From an uncultured Fidelibacterota bacterium (lineage in GTDB: Bacteria > Fidelibacterota > Marinisomatia > Marinisomatales > Marinisomataceae), in NCBI GenBank assembly GCA_902575395.1, contig CACGRA010000002.1, forward strand, positions 13,613-77,612: a stretch of DNA of 64,000 nucleotides, written 5' to 3'. A model generated the notes under the pieces. The model made no database searches, was not told the DNA's origin, and saw only the letters and a list, made by a program, of their open reading frames with translations. Each line of letters starts with the position of its first letter. Position 1 is the stretch's first letter. Both the position numbers and the translations under genes were made by a program. Positions 22,399 through 31,328 of the stretch are shown here, one piece after another.

Positions 22399-23094
22399 AT
22401 GTCAGATAGAAAAAATATAAAATTAGTGATTATTGAAGATGACAAAGATATTCGAGAACTACTTTCATATAATATTTCAAGTCTAGGCTACCAAGTGCAT
22501 TCATTTTCAAATGGAGAATCTGGACTAAAACATCTTAGAAATAACAAGTCCAATTTGCTTCTTTTAGATTTAATGCTTCCAGGTATTAATGGATACGATA
22601 TTTGTAGAATTATTAAAAGCGACCCCAAATTAAAAGAACTTTTGATAATAATACTTTCAGCTAAAGGAGGTGAAACTGACATTGTAAAAGGTTTGGAATT
22701 GGGAGCAGATGATTACATAGTTAAACCATTTTCTAGTTCAATTCTTTCTGCTAGAATTTCTGCTGTTTTGAGGAGAGTTAAAAAAACAGATTCAATAATT
22801 TTGAATTTTGATGGTTTAAAAATAGATATTAGCAAACATCAAGTTAGTGTAAATGATTCTATAATAGATTTAACATTTAGTGAGTTTGAAATTTTAAGTA
22901 TACTTGCTCAAAATCCTGGTTTAGTGTATACCAGATCCCAAATAATTGACTCTATTAGAGGAGATAATTATCCTGCAACTGACAGAACAATTGATTTTCA
23001 AATTGTAGGATTAAGAAAAAAATTATCTACTGCAAAAAAATACATTAAAACTATTAGAGGCATAGGATATAAGTTTAATGATGAAGAAGATTAA
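22399..23094 (+). CDS. OmpR/PhoB-family response regulator (PhoB-like by context)
   Basis: I place the start at ATG 22399; the track ORF from 22255 reads through the tRNA. Receiver domain (KLVIIEDDKD, LLLDLMLPG) plus a winged helix (TIRGIGYKF). Confidence 0.85.
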   Translation: MSDRKNIKLVIIEDDKDIRELLSYNISSLGYQVHSFSNGESGLKHLRNNKSNLLLLDLMLPGINGYDICRIIKSDPKLKELLIIILSAKGGETDIVKGLELGADDYIVKPFSSSILSARISAVLRRVKKTDSIILNFDGLKIDISKHQVSVNDSIIDLTFSEFEILSILAQNPGLVYTRSQIIDSIRGDNYPATDRTIDFQIVGLRKKLSTAKKYIKTIRGIGYKFNDEED

Positions 23095-24118
23095 TACCCC
23101 GATTAATGATTTAAAGTCAGTTCTTGATACTATTCAATCGGGTATTATTTCTATTGATAAAGATAAATTTTTAATTTTTTTTAACGATAAAGCAAAAAGA
23201 ATATTTTCTTTATCTGAAGCATTCATTGGAAAACCAATATCAGGTATTGTTAGAAATCTCAAAATATTAAACTTCATTGAGCAATCAATGAAAGCTGTTG
23301 AAAATCATAATGAAATTAAAACCTTTGAAGAAGACTTTTTTATTGATGCTGCTCAATCTTTTGATGCAAAAGTAAGTTTTTTGAAAGTTGAAAGATCTGC
23401 TAAGCCGAAATATTTAATTGTTTTTAATGATATATCGTCTATCACACAATCGCAGAAATCCCAAAGAGAGTTTATCGAAAATGTATCTCATGAACTTAGA
23501 ACGCCAATCACTTCTATTTTAGCAGCTACTGAAACAATTCCTACAGAAACCCCATTTAGAGATATAATAATTAGACAATCTTTGAGAATGAATGAAATAA
23601 TTGATGACCTGTTACAGCTTTCTGTGCTAGAAAACAATTCTGATTTTAATATTCATAAAGAAGAGATTAGTCTGAGTGATTTAATTTTATTTTCTGTTGA
23701 AACTGTACAACACCTCGCGGATAAAAAAAATATAGATATTGAACAGCCTAAAGATTTTAATTGTTGCAATTTAAAGGTTGATATAAGCCTTATTCAAAAT
23801 GCATTATCCAACATTTTAAAAAATGCAATTATGTATTCAAATCAAAATAGCAAAATCAATATTATTTTGTCCAGCCAAAAAGATTCATGCATTATTGAAA
23901 TAGTTGATAATGGAAAAGGTATAAAGAAAGAAAATATTAAGAATATATTTAATAGATTTTTTCGAGAAGAATCTTCAAGAAGTAGAGATTATGGAGGCTT
24001 AGGTTTGGGATTACCAATTGTAAAAAAAATCCTAGATCTACACAATGGAGACATCACCATAGATAGTGATATAGACAAAGGAACTTCTGTAAAAATATTT
24101 TTACCTATTCAAACATAA
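23078..24118 (+). CDS. PAS-domain sensor histidine kinase without membrane anchor (PhoR-like by context)
   Basis: N-terminal PAS-like region, H-box SHELRTPITSI, N-box NILKNAIMYS, G-boxes DNGKGI and GGLGLGLPIV. No hydrophobic segment. Confidence 0.85.
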   Translation: MMKKINTPINDLKSVLDTIQSGIISIDKDKFLIFFNDKAKRIFSLSEAFIGKPISGIVRNLKILNFIEQSMKAVENHNEIKTFEEDFFIDAAQSFDAKVSFLKVERSAKPKYLIVFNDISSITQSQKSQREFIENVSHELRTPITSILAATETIPTETPFRDIIIRQSLRMNEIIDDLLQLSVLENNSDFNIHKEEISLSDLILFSVETVQHLADKKNIDIEQPKDFNCCNLKVDISLIQNALSNILKNAIMYSNQNSKINIILSSQKDSCIIEIVDNGKGIKKENIKNIFNRFFREESSRSRDYGGLGLGLPIVKKILDLHNGDITIDSDIDKGTSVKIFLPIQT

Positions 24119-24139
24119 TCCTAACATAAGCTTTATACA
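24113..24139 (+). promoter_or_regulatory. Candidate Pho-box-like direct repeat upstream of the TonB receptor gene
   Basis: ACATAATCCTA-ACATAAGCTTT. Contains AATCCTAACATAA, identical to 28782-28794. Lies 29-55 nt upstream of the TTG start at 24168. Confidence 0.35.
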
Positions 24140-24167
24140 TTTTCAGAATTTAAAAGGAGATGTAAAA

Positions 24168-27020
24168 TTGAGAATACTTCAAGTATTATTATTGTTTAGT
24201 TTCGTTTTTTGTCAAGATTTATCTGTTCTAACTGGTACTGTCATTGATAAGAATTCTGGAGAAGCTTTAGTCGGTGTAAATATCATTATTGAAGACTCAG
24301 ATAATGGCACTGCTTCAGATTTAAATGGCTCCTATACAATTTTTAACAAGCCTGGTGAAGTGGTGATAAATGTTTCTTATATAGGTTATAAGTCAGAAAG
24401 ATTTTCTATAGGTCTAATTGAAGGGCAAAATAATTTTAACATTGCTCTAACAATAGATGCAGTTCAGTTATCAGGGGTTGAGGTGACTGGTCAAGCAGTC
24501 GATGGTAGTGATATAAGCATCATGATTGAAAGAAAAGAATCATCTAATGTTGAAGATGCAATTAGTTTAGAAAGAATGTCTAAAGCGGGGGATTCTAATG
24601 CAGCAGATGCGTTTAGAAGAGTGACTGGTGTTTCTGTAGTTGATAATATTGTTGCTGTAAGAGGATTAGGTGATAGGTATACAAATACGCAATTAAATAA
24701 TTCCGATTTAGCTACTCCAGAACCTGAAAAAAGAGCTGTTCCTTTAGATCTTTTTTCCATTTCGATTATTTCTGGATTAAGTGCCAAAAAAACTTTTACT
24801 CCTGACTTACCTGGAACTTTTGCAGGAGGGGTTGTTAATATTAAAACTTTAGCATATCCAGATAGAAAAATCATGAAGCTAAAGTTTGGTGCCGGTACAA
24901 TATCATCAATTGATAATAGTAGATTTAGAACTTCGAATAATGGAATCAATTTCTTTGGCATAGTTGGGAATGATAGTAAAATGCCTGATGTTCCGAAAGA
25001 TTTTTGGTTGTCTGAGTTTAGATATCCATTAACAACTGGCTCAACCAATCCACAAAACTATACTTCTTCACAATGGCGTGAATTATTATCAATAAATACA
25101 AATAAATTCAAACAAAATTATCGTTTTAAGTCGAAAAGCACCAGTCCTCAGATTTCATTAGGTGTTGAAAATGGTCAAAAGTTCAATAGTTCAAATGGTA
25201 ATTATGAGTATGGATACTTTATAAATTATTCATTTGGTAATTCTTATGATTTTGAAGATGAAAATATTGGTAGATATTATGATAATACAAAACTATCAAG
25301 ATATTTAAATCTTCAAAGAGAAACATCAATTTATAATGCCAACCATGTATTAAACATGAGTACAGGTTTAAAATATTTACAAGATCACAAGTTTAAATTA
25401 TCTTTTTTATTTAGTCATAAAGCTAGCGATAAATTATCTTATGCTTCTGGGATACTTAAAAATTTAGAAGATGCAGTATCTATTCAACATTATTATAGTG
25501 AAAAATCTCTATCAAATTTGTCTCTGGAAGGGAATAGTATATTTTATTCTTCAAATCCAAGTGAACTTGATTGGTCAATAAATTTAGGTTCTGCCTCATT
25601 ATACGAACCTGATGTTGCTTCTCATACATATTCTAGACAAAGCGCATTAAATCCATACACTGTTGATGTTAGTAGTACGTCCCCAGGCTTAAGATTTTGG
25701 GCTAATGGTAATGATACGAATAATAGTTTAGATTTGTCTTACAAAGTTCAATTTGAAAACTTTCAATTGAAAAGTGGACTTAGAATTCAACAAAGAGATA
25801 GAACTTTTAAGAAAAGAATTTTTTATTATACTCATTCCACCGGGACATGGCCAAACAATATTCTTGAGGTTAATGATAATGATTTTGGAAGATCATTTGA
25901 CGAAGCAAACTTTTTTGATGGGAATAGTGGTTTAATTATTGTTGAAGAAGCAGCTCAGCTTGCAAGAGCTGCATACAATGCGGATGAAAAGACAAATGCA
26001 ATTTTCTCAATGATTGAAAGAAAATTTGATTCTTTTGATATACCAATTACTTTTATTGGTGGTATTAGATATGAAATGTATACATTGGATCTTAGACCAT
26101 ATAACACTGTAACTGGACAAACGTATGTCAACCCTTACAACAATCCTACGCAAGAGCCAACACTTGTAGATGTTGATGAAAATTATGTACTTCCTTCCAT
26201 CAATTTCATTTTGGATACTTCAAAGGATTCAAAAGTACGATTTTCCTTATCTCAAACTGTTGCAAGAGCAGAGTTTAGAGAATATGCACCTCTTGAATAT
26301 CAGGCATTTTATGGAGATGATCAATATATAGGAGTCCCGACACTTGAACAATCTGAAGTCACAAATTTTGATCTTAGATACGAAGTATATCCATCTGCAG
26401 GTGAAGTAAGGTCAATTTCATTATTTGCTAAAGATATGCAAAAACCTGTTGAAGAGGTATTATTGGTAAATGTTGAAAGATCATATAGCATGTATAATAA
26501 TGCAAAATCAGCATTGATTTATGGATTAGAGTTTGATATTAGAAAGAAGGTAAATCTATTTCCCTCATTAAGAGCTACCCAAATTTTAACTGCAAACGCT
26601 ACACTCTCATCATCGGATGTAGATGTAAACGATTTTGTGGTTTCTCCATTTGCAGTTACTCCAATTGAAGATCAAACTAATAGACCATTAATGGGTCATT
26701 CAGAATTTTTAGGCAATCTTGCCCTGGATACAATTCTTAGTTCTGGATATGAAATTTCTCTTTCTTATAATGGTTTTAGTGAAAGAATTATTAAAGTGGG
26801 AGATGTAACAGGACATTATTTTGAAGCACCTTTCCATTCTTTAAATTTTACTTCAAAGAAAAAATTTCAAAATGGATTATCAGTAAGTGTTAAGGCAAAG
26901 AATCTTTTAAATAATAAGATTGAACATTATCTTAAAACTGATGATGGAAATGAGTTAGATACAAAGATGCTTGAACCGGGAATATCTATATCCTTAAGTA
27001 TGACTTATGATTTTAATTAA
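24168..27020 (+). CDS. TonB-dependent receptor with N-terminal CarboxypepD_reg-like domain
   Basis: AAGGAG then a TTG start. Signal peptide, GTVIDKNSGEALVGVNI, plug domain (VRGLGDRYTNTQLN) and a long beta-barrel ending ...MTYDFN. Confidence 0.9.
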   Translation: MRILQVLLLFSFVFCQDLSVLTGTVIDKNSGEALVGVNIIIEDSDNGTASDLNGSYTIFNKPGEVVINVSYIGYKSERFSIGLIEGQNNFNIALTIDAVQLSGVEVTGQAVDGSDISIMIERKESSNVEDAISLERMSKAGDSNAADAFRRVTGVSVVDNIVAVRGLGDRYTNTQLNNSDLATPEPEKRAVPLDLFSISIISGLSAKKTFTPDLPGTFAGGVVNIKTLAYPDRKIMKLKFGAGTISSIDNSRFRTSNNGINFFGIVGNDSKMPDVPKDFWLSEFRYPLTTGSTNPQNYTSSQWRELLSINTNKFKQNYRFKSKSTSPQISLGVENGQKFNSSNGNYEYGYFINYSFGNSYDFEDENIGRYYDNTKLSRYLNLQRETSIYNANHVLNMSTGLKYLQDHKFKLSFLFSHKASDKLSYASGILKNLEDAVSIQHYYSEKSLSNLSLEGNSIFYSSNPSELDWSINLGSASLYEPDVASHTYSRQSALNPYTVDVSSTSPGLRFWANGNDTNNSLDLSYKVQFENFQLKSGLRIQQRDRTFKKRIFYYTHSTGTWPNNILEVNDNDFGRSFDEANFFDGNSGLIIVEEAAQLARAAYNADEKTNAIFSMIERKFDSFDIPITFIGGIRYEMYTLDLRPYNTVTGQTYVNPYNNPTQEPTLVDVDENYVLPSINFILDTSKDSKVRFSLSQTVARAEFREYAPLEYQAFYGDDQYIGVPTLEQSEVTNFDLRYEVYPSAGEVRSISLFAKDMQKPVEEVLLVNVERSYSMYNNAKSALIYGLEFDIRKKVNLFPSLRATQILTANATLSSSDVDVNDFVVSPFAVTPIEDQTNRPLMGHSEFLGNLALDTILSSGYEISLSYNGFSERIIKVGDVTGHYFEAPFHSLNFTSKKKFQNGLSVSVKAKNLLNNKIEHYLKTDDGNELDTKMLEPGISISLSMTYDFN

Positions 27021-27036
27021 GATTTCAAATGAAATC
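27021..27036. other. Perfect 16-bp palindrome GATTTCAAATGAAATC
   Basis: Read directly from the sequence. Starts 1 nt after the receptor stop codon and overlaps the ATCCTCA half-site. Confidence 0.8.
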
Positions 27037-27051
27037 CTCACAAATTTCTAA
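27034..27051 (+). promoter_or_regulatory. Weaker 11-bp-phased repeat ATCCTCA-N4-TTTCTAA upstream of the lipoprotein gene
   Basis: Same phasing as the ATCCTAA-N4-ATCCTAA repeat at 28783-28800. Each half-site matches at 5-6 of 7 positions. Confidence 0.2.
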
Positions 27052-27131
27052 TAGCAAACTAAATCGTAAAGCCTATTTTCGTTCGGAAATTTGAATATTT
27101 CACATAATTAATTAATTAAGAGGATAAAAAA

Positions 27132-28715
27132 ATGAATAGTAAAAAAATCATATTTTCAATCTTTGCAACTGTGTTTCTTTTAACATCTTGTGAGGATGAT
27201 ACAGAAACTGTAGATAATACTACTCTTCCTCCATCTGCACAGGCATTTGTAGCTGAGCATGTGATGGGAACATTAACCTATAATTTTGCAATTTCAGACG
27301 ATCAGGCTGCTTCTACTGGTACTGGTACTGGAGTACAATATTCATGGGATTTTAATGGTGAGGCAACTGCTGTTGCTCCAAGTGGTTCTCATACATTTTC
27401 TTCAAACGGTTTAAAAACTGTTACATTAACAGTTACTACAACTGCGTTGGATGGCGTAACAACTTTGACAGATTCATATTCCATGGATATGATCGTTGAA
27501 AGAAGTTTATATGGAGATATTACTTCAGATTTAGACTTAGATGGTGACTATGTTCTTTCAGGTCAGCTTCAAGTAAGAGACGGTGCAACGTTAACAATCG
27601 CAGCTGGTTCAAATATTTATGCTTTATCAGATGATGGTAATGGAAATGCTCCAGCAATTATAGTTTGGCAAGGTGGAAAAATTGAAGCAGTAGGTACTGC
27701 TAGTGATCCGATAATTATGACATCAGTTATTGCAAGAGATGAACCAGACAGACTTCCAATTGTTGGTGGTAGAGCATGGGGTGGATTAATTATCTGTGGC
27801 TATGCACCAATTCAAGGTGGAGGAACTAGAACTGTTGAGGGTGTTGCATCAGTGCCTTATGGTGGTACAGATGCTGCTGATGACTCTGGTACATTAAGAT
27901 ATGTTTCAGTGCGTTATGGTGGTAGAGCAATTGCTCCAGATAATGAAATCAATGGTATTACATTAGCTGGTGTTGGATCCGGAACAGAAGTTAGTTACTG
28001 CGAAGTTGCTTACAACTTTGATGACGGTTTTGAAATGTTTGGTGGAACTGTTGATTTAAGATATTGTATGGTATACAAAGTTGGTGATGATGCATTTGAT
28101 ACTGATACTGGATACCAAGGAACAGGACAATTTTTAGTAGTTGTCAGGGGACCAAATTCAAACAGAGGTCATGAAATGGATGGAAGAAATAGTGGCCAAG
28201 CTGCTGATGATTCATTCCCTAAATTCTCTAATGTGACAATTGTTGGAAATAATAGCGGATCTTCCGAAGATGAATCTTTAAGATTAAGAGAGGGAACTGC
28301 TGGACATTTCCAAAATTATATGTTAGTAGATCAGCAAAGAAGAGGTTTCCGTGCAACTAATGAAGATGGAAATTTAGATGGAACATTTGTTGTAAATGGT
28401 TCAACTCCTCCTTCCGATGATGCTGATGGAAGATATATTTGGTTAGACCCATTAAATGTTATGGATGATGTTCCAACTCCTGCAACAGTTGCAGCAACAG
28501 ATGGAACTGATCCTGGTGCGAACTTTACATTTAATATACAAGATGGAAACACAGGAGTTACAGAATCGAACTTACTTCCATCAACTGAATTTACAGGCTC
28601 AACCCCGACTGAAGCTAGTATGGATGCATCCGCAACATTTGTAGGTGCTTTAAAAGCTGGTTACAATGATGATGCATTTGATGGTTGGACAGTATGGTCT
28701 GAAGAAAGTCAATAA
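27132..28715 (+). CDS. Uncharacterised surface lipoprotein: PKD-like domain + beta-helix-like repeats
   Basis: AAGAGGA SD. Signal with LLTSC lipobox. PKD-like segment YSWDFNGEAT...GLKTVTLTV. Repeats with a DDGFEMFGG / GDDAFDTDTGY pattern. Sits directly after the TonB receptor. Confidence 0.6.
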   Translation: MNSKKIIFSIFATVFLLTSCEDDTETVDNTTLPPSAQAFVAEHVMGTLTYNFAISDDQAASTGTGTGVQYSWDFNGEATAVAPSGSHTFSSNGLKTVTLTVTTTALDGVTTLTDSYSMDMIVERSLYGDITSDLDLDGDYVLSGQLQVRDGATLTIAAGSNIYALSDDGNGNAPAIIVWQGGKIEAVGTASDPIIMTSVIARDEPDRLPIVGGRAWGGLIICGYAPIQGGGTRTVEGVASVPYGGTDAADDSGTLRYVSVRYGGRAIAPDNEINGITLAGVGSGTEVSYCEVAYNFDDGFEMFGGTVDLRYCMVYKVGDDAFDTDTGYQGTGQFLVVVRGPNSNRGHEMDGRNSGQAADDSFPKFSNVTIVGNNSGSSEDESLRLREGTAGHFQNYMLVDQQRRGFRATNEDGNLDGTFVVNGSTPPSDDADGRYIWLDPLNVMDDVPTPATVAATDGTDPGANFTFNIQDGNTGVTESNLLPSTEFTGSTPTEASMDASATFVGALKAGYNDDAFDGWTVWSEESQ

Positions 28716-28750
28716 AATCATTTATATCCTATTGTGTGATTGTAGCAAAG

Positions 28751-28780
28751 AGGGAAGTAAAAACTTCCCTTTTTGCTTTT
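28751..28780 (+). terminator. Rho-independent terminator after the lipoprotein gene
   Basis: 8-bp stem AGGGAAGT/ACTTCCCT, loop AAAA, then TTTTGCTTTT. Confidence 0.7.
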
Positions 28781-28782
28781 CA

Positions 28783-28804
28783 ATCCTAACATAATCCTAA
28801 AAAT
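28783..28804 (+). promoter_or_regulatory. Candidate Pho-box-like direct repeat upstream of phoU
   Basis: ATCCTAAcata-ATCCTAAaaat: two exact 7-mers 11 bp apart, 30-51 nt upstream of ATG 28834. Confidence 0.4.
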
Positions 28805-28833
28805 TATTACGTACATTTCATATATTATGGAGA

Positions 28834-29487
28834 ATGAATTTGCCGAGTAGAATACAAGATTTAAATTATAATTTATTAAAACTAAGCTCATTAGTTGAAA
28901 CAAATATTAAGGATGCGTTTAGTGCAGTAGAAAAAAAAGATTTAGAGCTATCTAAAACTGTAATCAATACTGATTCAAAAATAAATATGATGGAAGTCGA
29001 AATAGAAAAAGAAGTAAATGATATTCTTGAAACATTCCGTCCTTCTGATAATGATTTGCGATATTTATTAGCTGCCTTGAAAATTAACAACGAGCTAGAA
29101 AGAATCGGAGATTATGCAACCAATATAGCTAGAAATACCCAGTTTATGGTTGAGCACCCAGATTTAGAGTTACCTGATGTTCTTGCTCATTCTGCTGAAA
29201 CTTTAACTTCAATGTTAAATAAGGCTATTAATGCATTTATTTTATCTAATGAACAAACAGCATTAGATGTGATTGAGATGGATGATATCATTGATAAAAA
29301 CAATAGAGAAATTTTTAGCATTTTTAAAGAAAAAACTATTAGTAACCCAGCATTTTTAAGACAATTTATTGTTTTTACCAATATTTCTCGATATGTTGAA
29401 AGAGCTGCAGATCACACAACCAATATAGCTGAAGATATTATTTTTCAAATTAATGGTAAAATAGTTAGACACGATGAAACAATTTAA
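28834..29487 (+). CDS. phoU: Phosphate signalling modulator PhoU
   Basis: GGAG SD. Two PhoU repeats (ELERIGDYATNIA and YVERAADHTTNIAE). 217 aa. Confidence 0.85.
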   Translation: MNLPSRIQDLNYNLLKLSSLVETNIKDAFSAVEKKDLELSKTVINTDSKINMMEVEIEKEVNDILETFRPSDNDLRYLLAALKINNELERIGDYATNIARNTQFMVEHPDLELPDVLAHSAETLTSMLNKAINAFILSNEQTALDVIEMDDIIDKNNREIFSIFKEKTISNPAFLRQFIVFTNISRYVERAADHTTNIAEDIIFQINGKIVRHDETI

Positions 29488-29508
29488 ATTTTCAACAATC
29501 AATAAATA

Positions 29509-30492
29509 ATGGACTTTCTAACATTATGGTCTTTTTTTGGGTTTCTGTTTGCTGTGTATGCAGTTACTGCGAATGATAGTATTCAGACTCTAGGTACTTA
29601 CATCGCATCTAACAGAGCTGACGTCAAGTGGTACTGGATGTTTGCTTATATGGGATCAATTTTTGTATTTACTATGATTCAAGGCTTTAATGCTGGAGAC
29701 CCTGCTTTTGGTAGATTAACCGAATTCCCAGAAATTGAAATCATGTGGTATCATGCATTAGCACCACTTGTTTTAGTTGTTTTAACTAGAGTAAAAATTC
29801 CTGTATCAACTACTTTCTTAGTTTTATCTGTTTTTGCTGCTAGCGTTGATGGTCTTATGGAAAAAATGCTTTTAAAAAGTTTTGTTGGATATGGAGTTTC
29901 ATTTGTTTTTGCATTTGCTGCATGGTATTTCATAAGTAAATATATTTTATATGAGGGTGAAAAAGGTAATAATAAGTACAATAATTACTGGAGAACTGCC
30001 CAATGGATTACAACTGGATGGCTTTGGTCAACTTGGCTTTCACATGATATGGCAAACATTATGGTTTTCTTACCAAGATACTCATCAGTCCCTACATTAG
30101 GTTTTCAAATACTTGTAGTTGGAATGATGTTACTAGGATTAGCTTTTATGTTTTATGAAAGGGGTGGAAAAATACAAGAAATTGTATTAACTAAAACCAA
30201 CACAAGATATGTTCGTTCTGCTACTTTAGTTGATTTAGTATATGTATTTGTACTTTATTACTTTAAAGAAGTCAATGACCTTCCTATGAGTACTACATTT
30301 GTATTTATGGGCATGTTAGCAGGAAGGGAAATTGGTATTATCTTTGCTCAAGGCTATGGAACTCTTAGGTATACCAATAAAAACGTAAAAGCTATTTTTC
30401 CAATGCTCTATACAGACTTTGCTCGATTAATGTTAGGGTTAGCTATTAGTATAACGCTTGCATATGGCATACAATGGTATAGCAATCTATAG
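29509..30492 (+). CDS. Polytopic membrane protein, divergent PiT/PHO4-like putative phosphate permease
   Basis: Two-repeat layout. TANDSIQTLGT and SHDMANIM sit where PiT has GANDVAN, and PVSTTF and PMSTTF sit where PiT has PVSTTH. Lies directly after phoU. Confidence 0.45.
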   Translation: MDFLTLWSFFGFLFAVYAVTANDSIQTLGTYIASNRADVKWYWMFAYMGSIFVFTMIQGFNAGDPAFGRLTEFPEIEIMWYHALAPLVLVVLTRVKIPVSTTFLVLSVFAASVDGLMEKMLLKSFVGYGVSFVFAFAAWYFISKYILYEGEKGNNKYNNYWRTAQWITTGWLWSTWLSHDMANIMVFLPRYSSVPTLGFQILVVGMMLLGLAFMFYERGGKIQEIVLTKTNTRYVRSATLVDLVYVFVLYYFKEVNDLPMSTTFVFMGMLAGREIGIIFAQGYGTLRYTNKNVKAIFPMLYTDFARLMLGLAISITLAYGIQWYSNL

Positions 30493-30494
30493 AT

Positions 30495-31328
30495 ATGAAT
30501 GTAAAAAATAAAATCGTATTAGTTACAGGCGCTGCCAAAGGGATTGGATTAGCTACGGTTAAACGCTTACTTAAAAAAGAGGCAAAAGTAATTCTTTGGG
30601 ATTTCCAAGCAGATGATTTAGCCAACACTGTACAGTCTTTAAAAAATGAAGGACATGATGTTTTTTCCCAAGTATGTGATGTAACAAATAAGCAACAGGT
30701 CTATGCAAATGCAGATATCATTAGACAAGAAGTAGGGGAAGTAGATATCTTGATTAATAATGCTGGCACTGTATATACAGGATATATGCTAGACAGAACG
30801 GATGAAGAATTAGAAAATATGATCAATGTTAATTTTACATCTATGATTTATACTATTCGTGCTTTTCTTCCTTCTATGTTAGATAGAAATTTTGGACATG
30901 TTATTAACATTTCATCAGCATCTGCTCTTGTTGGCGCTCCTAAATTAGCAATATATGCTGCTACAAAATGGGGCGTAATGGGATTAACAGAATCATTGCG
31001 ATTGGAAGCGATAAAAATGGGTAAAAAAGGAGTAAAATTTTCTTCAATTCACCCAAATTTTATTAAAAAAGGATTATTTAGAGGGACCAAACTAAACTTT
31101 CTTGGTAATATTTTAGCACCAGGTATCAAAGATCATGATGCAGTTGCTAAAGTTATTATGAATCGTGCAATTCGTCTTGGATTTCATTCTCCAAAAGTGC
31201 CTTGGGTGATGAATCAATTAACTTTACTTAGAGCTTTAATCCCTAGCTCACTTTTGGTTAAATTAGGGTCTTTATATGGCGCAGATAATATGATGGATAA
31301 ATACAAAGGATACGAAGATGGACGTTAG
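30495..31328 (+). CDS. Short-chain dehydrogenase/reductase (SDR)
   Basis: TGAAKGIG cofactor motif, NNAG, and the catalytic YAATK. Confidence 0.85.
   Translation: MNVKNKIVLVTGAAKGIGLATVKRLLKKEAKVILWDFQADDLANTVQSLKNEGHDVFSQVCDVTNKQQVYANADIIRQEVGEVDILINNAGTVYTGYMLDRTDEELENMINVNFTSMIYTIRAFLPSMLDRNFGHVINISSASALVGAPKLAIYAATKWGVMGLTESLRLEAIKMGKKGVKFSSIHPNFIKKGLFRGTKLNFLGNILAPGIKDHDAVAKVIMNRAIRLGFHSPKVPWVMNQLTLLRALIPSSLLVKLGSLYGADNMMDKYKGYEDGR

Noticed and set aside
24491-25048. 185-aa ORF on the minus strand
   Set aside because: It lies entirely antisense to the well-supported TonB-dependent receptor plug/barrel region. It has a low-complexity composition, no SD and no recognisable motif.
27132-28715. 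Locally higher G+C than the surrounding DNA, considered as a sign of horizontal transfer
   Set aside because: The shift tracks the Gly/Ala/Thr/Asp-rich amino-acid composition. Conserved Gly-rich housekeeping genes such as atpD show a similar local G+C.
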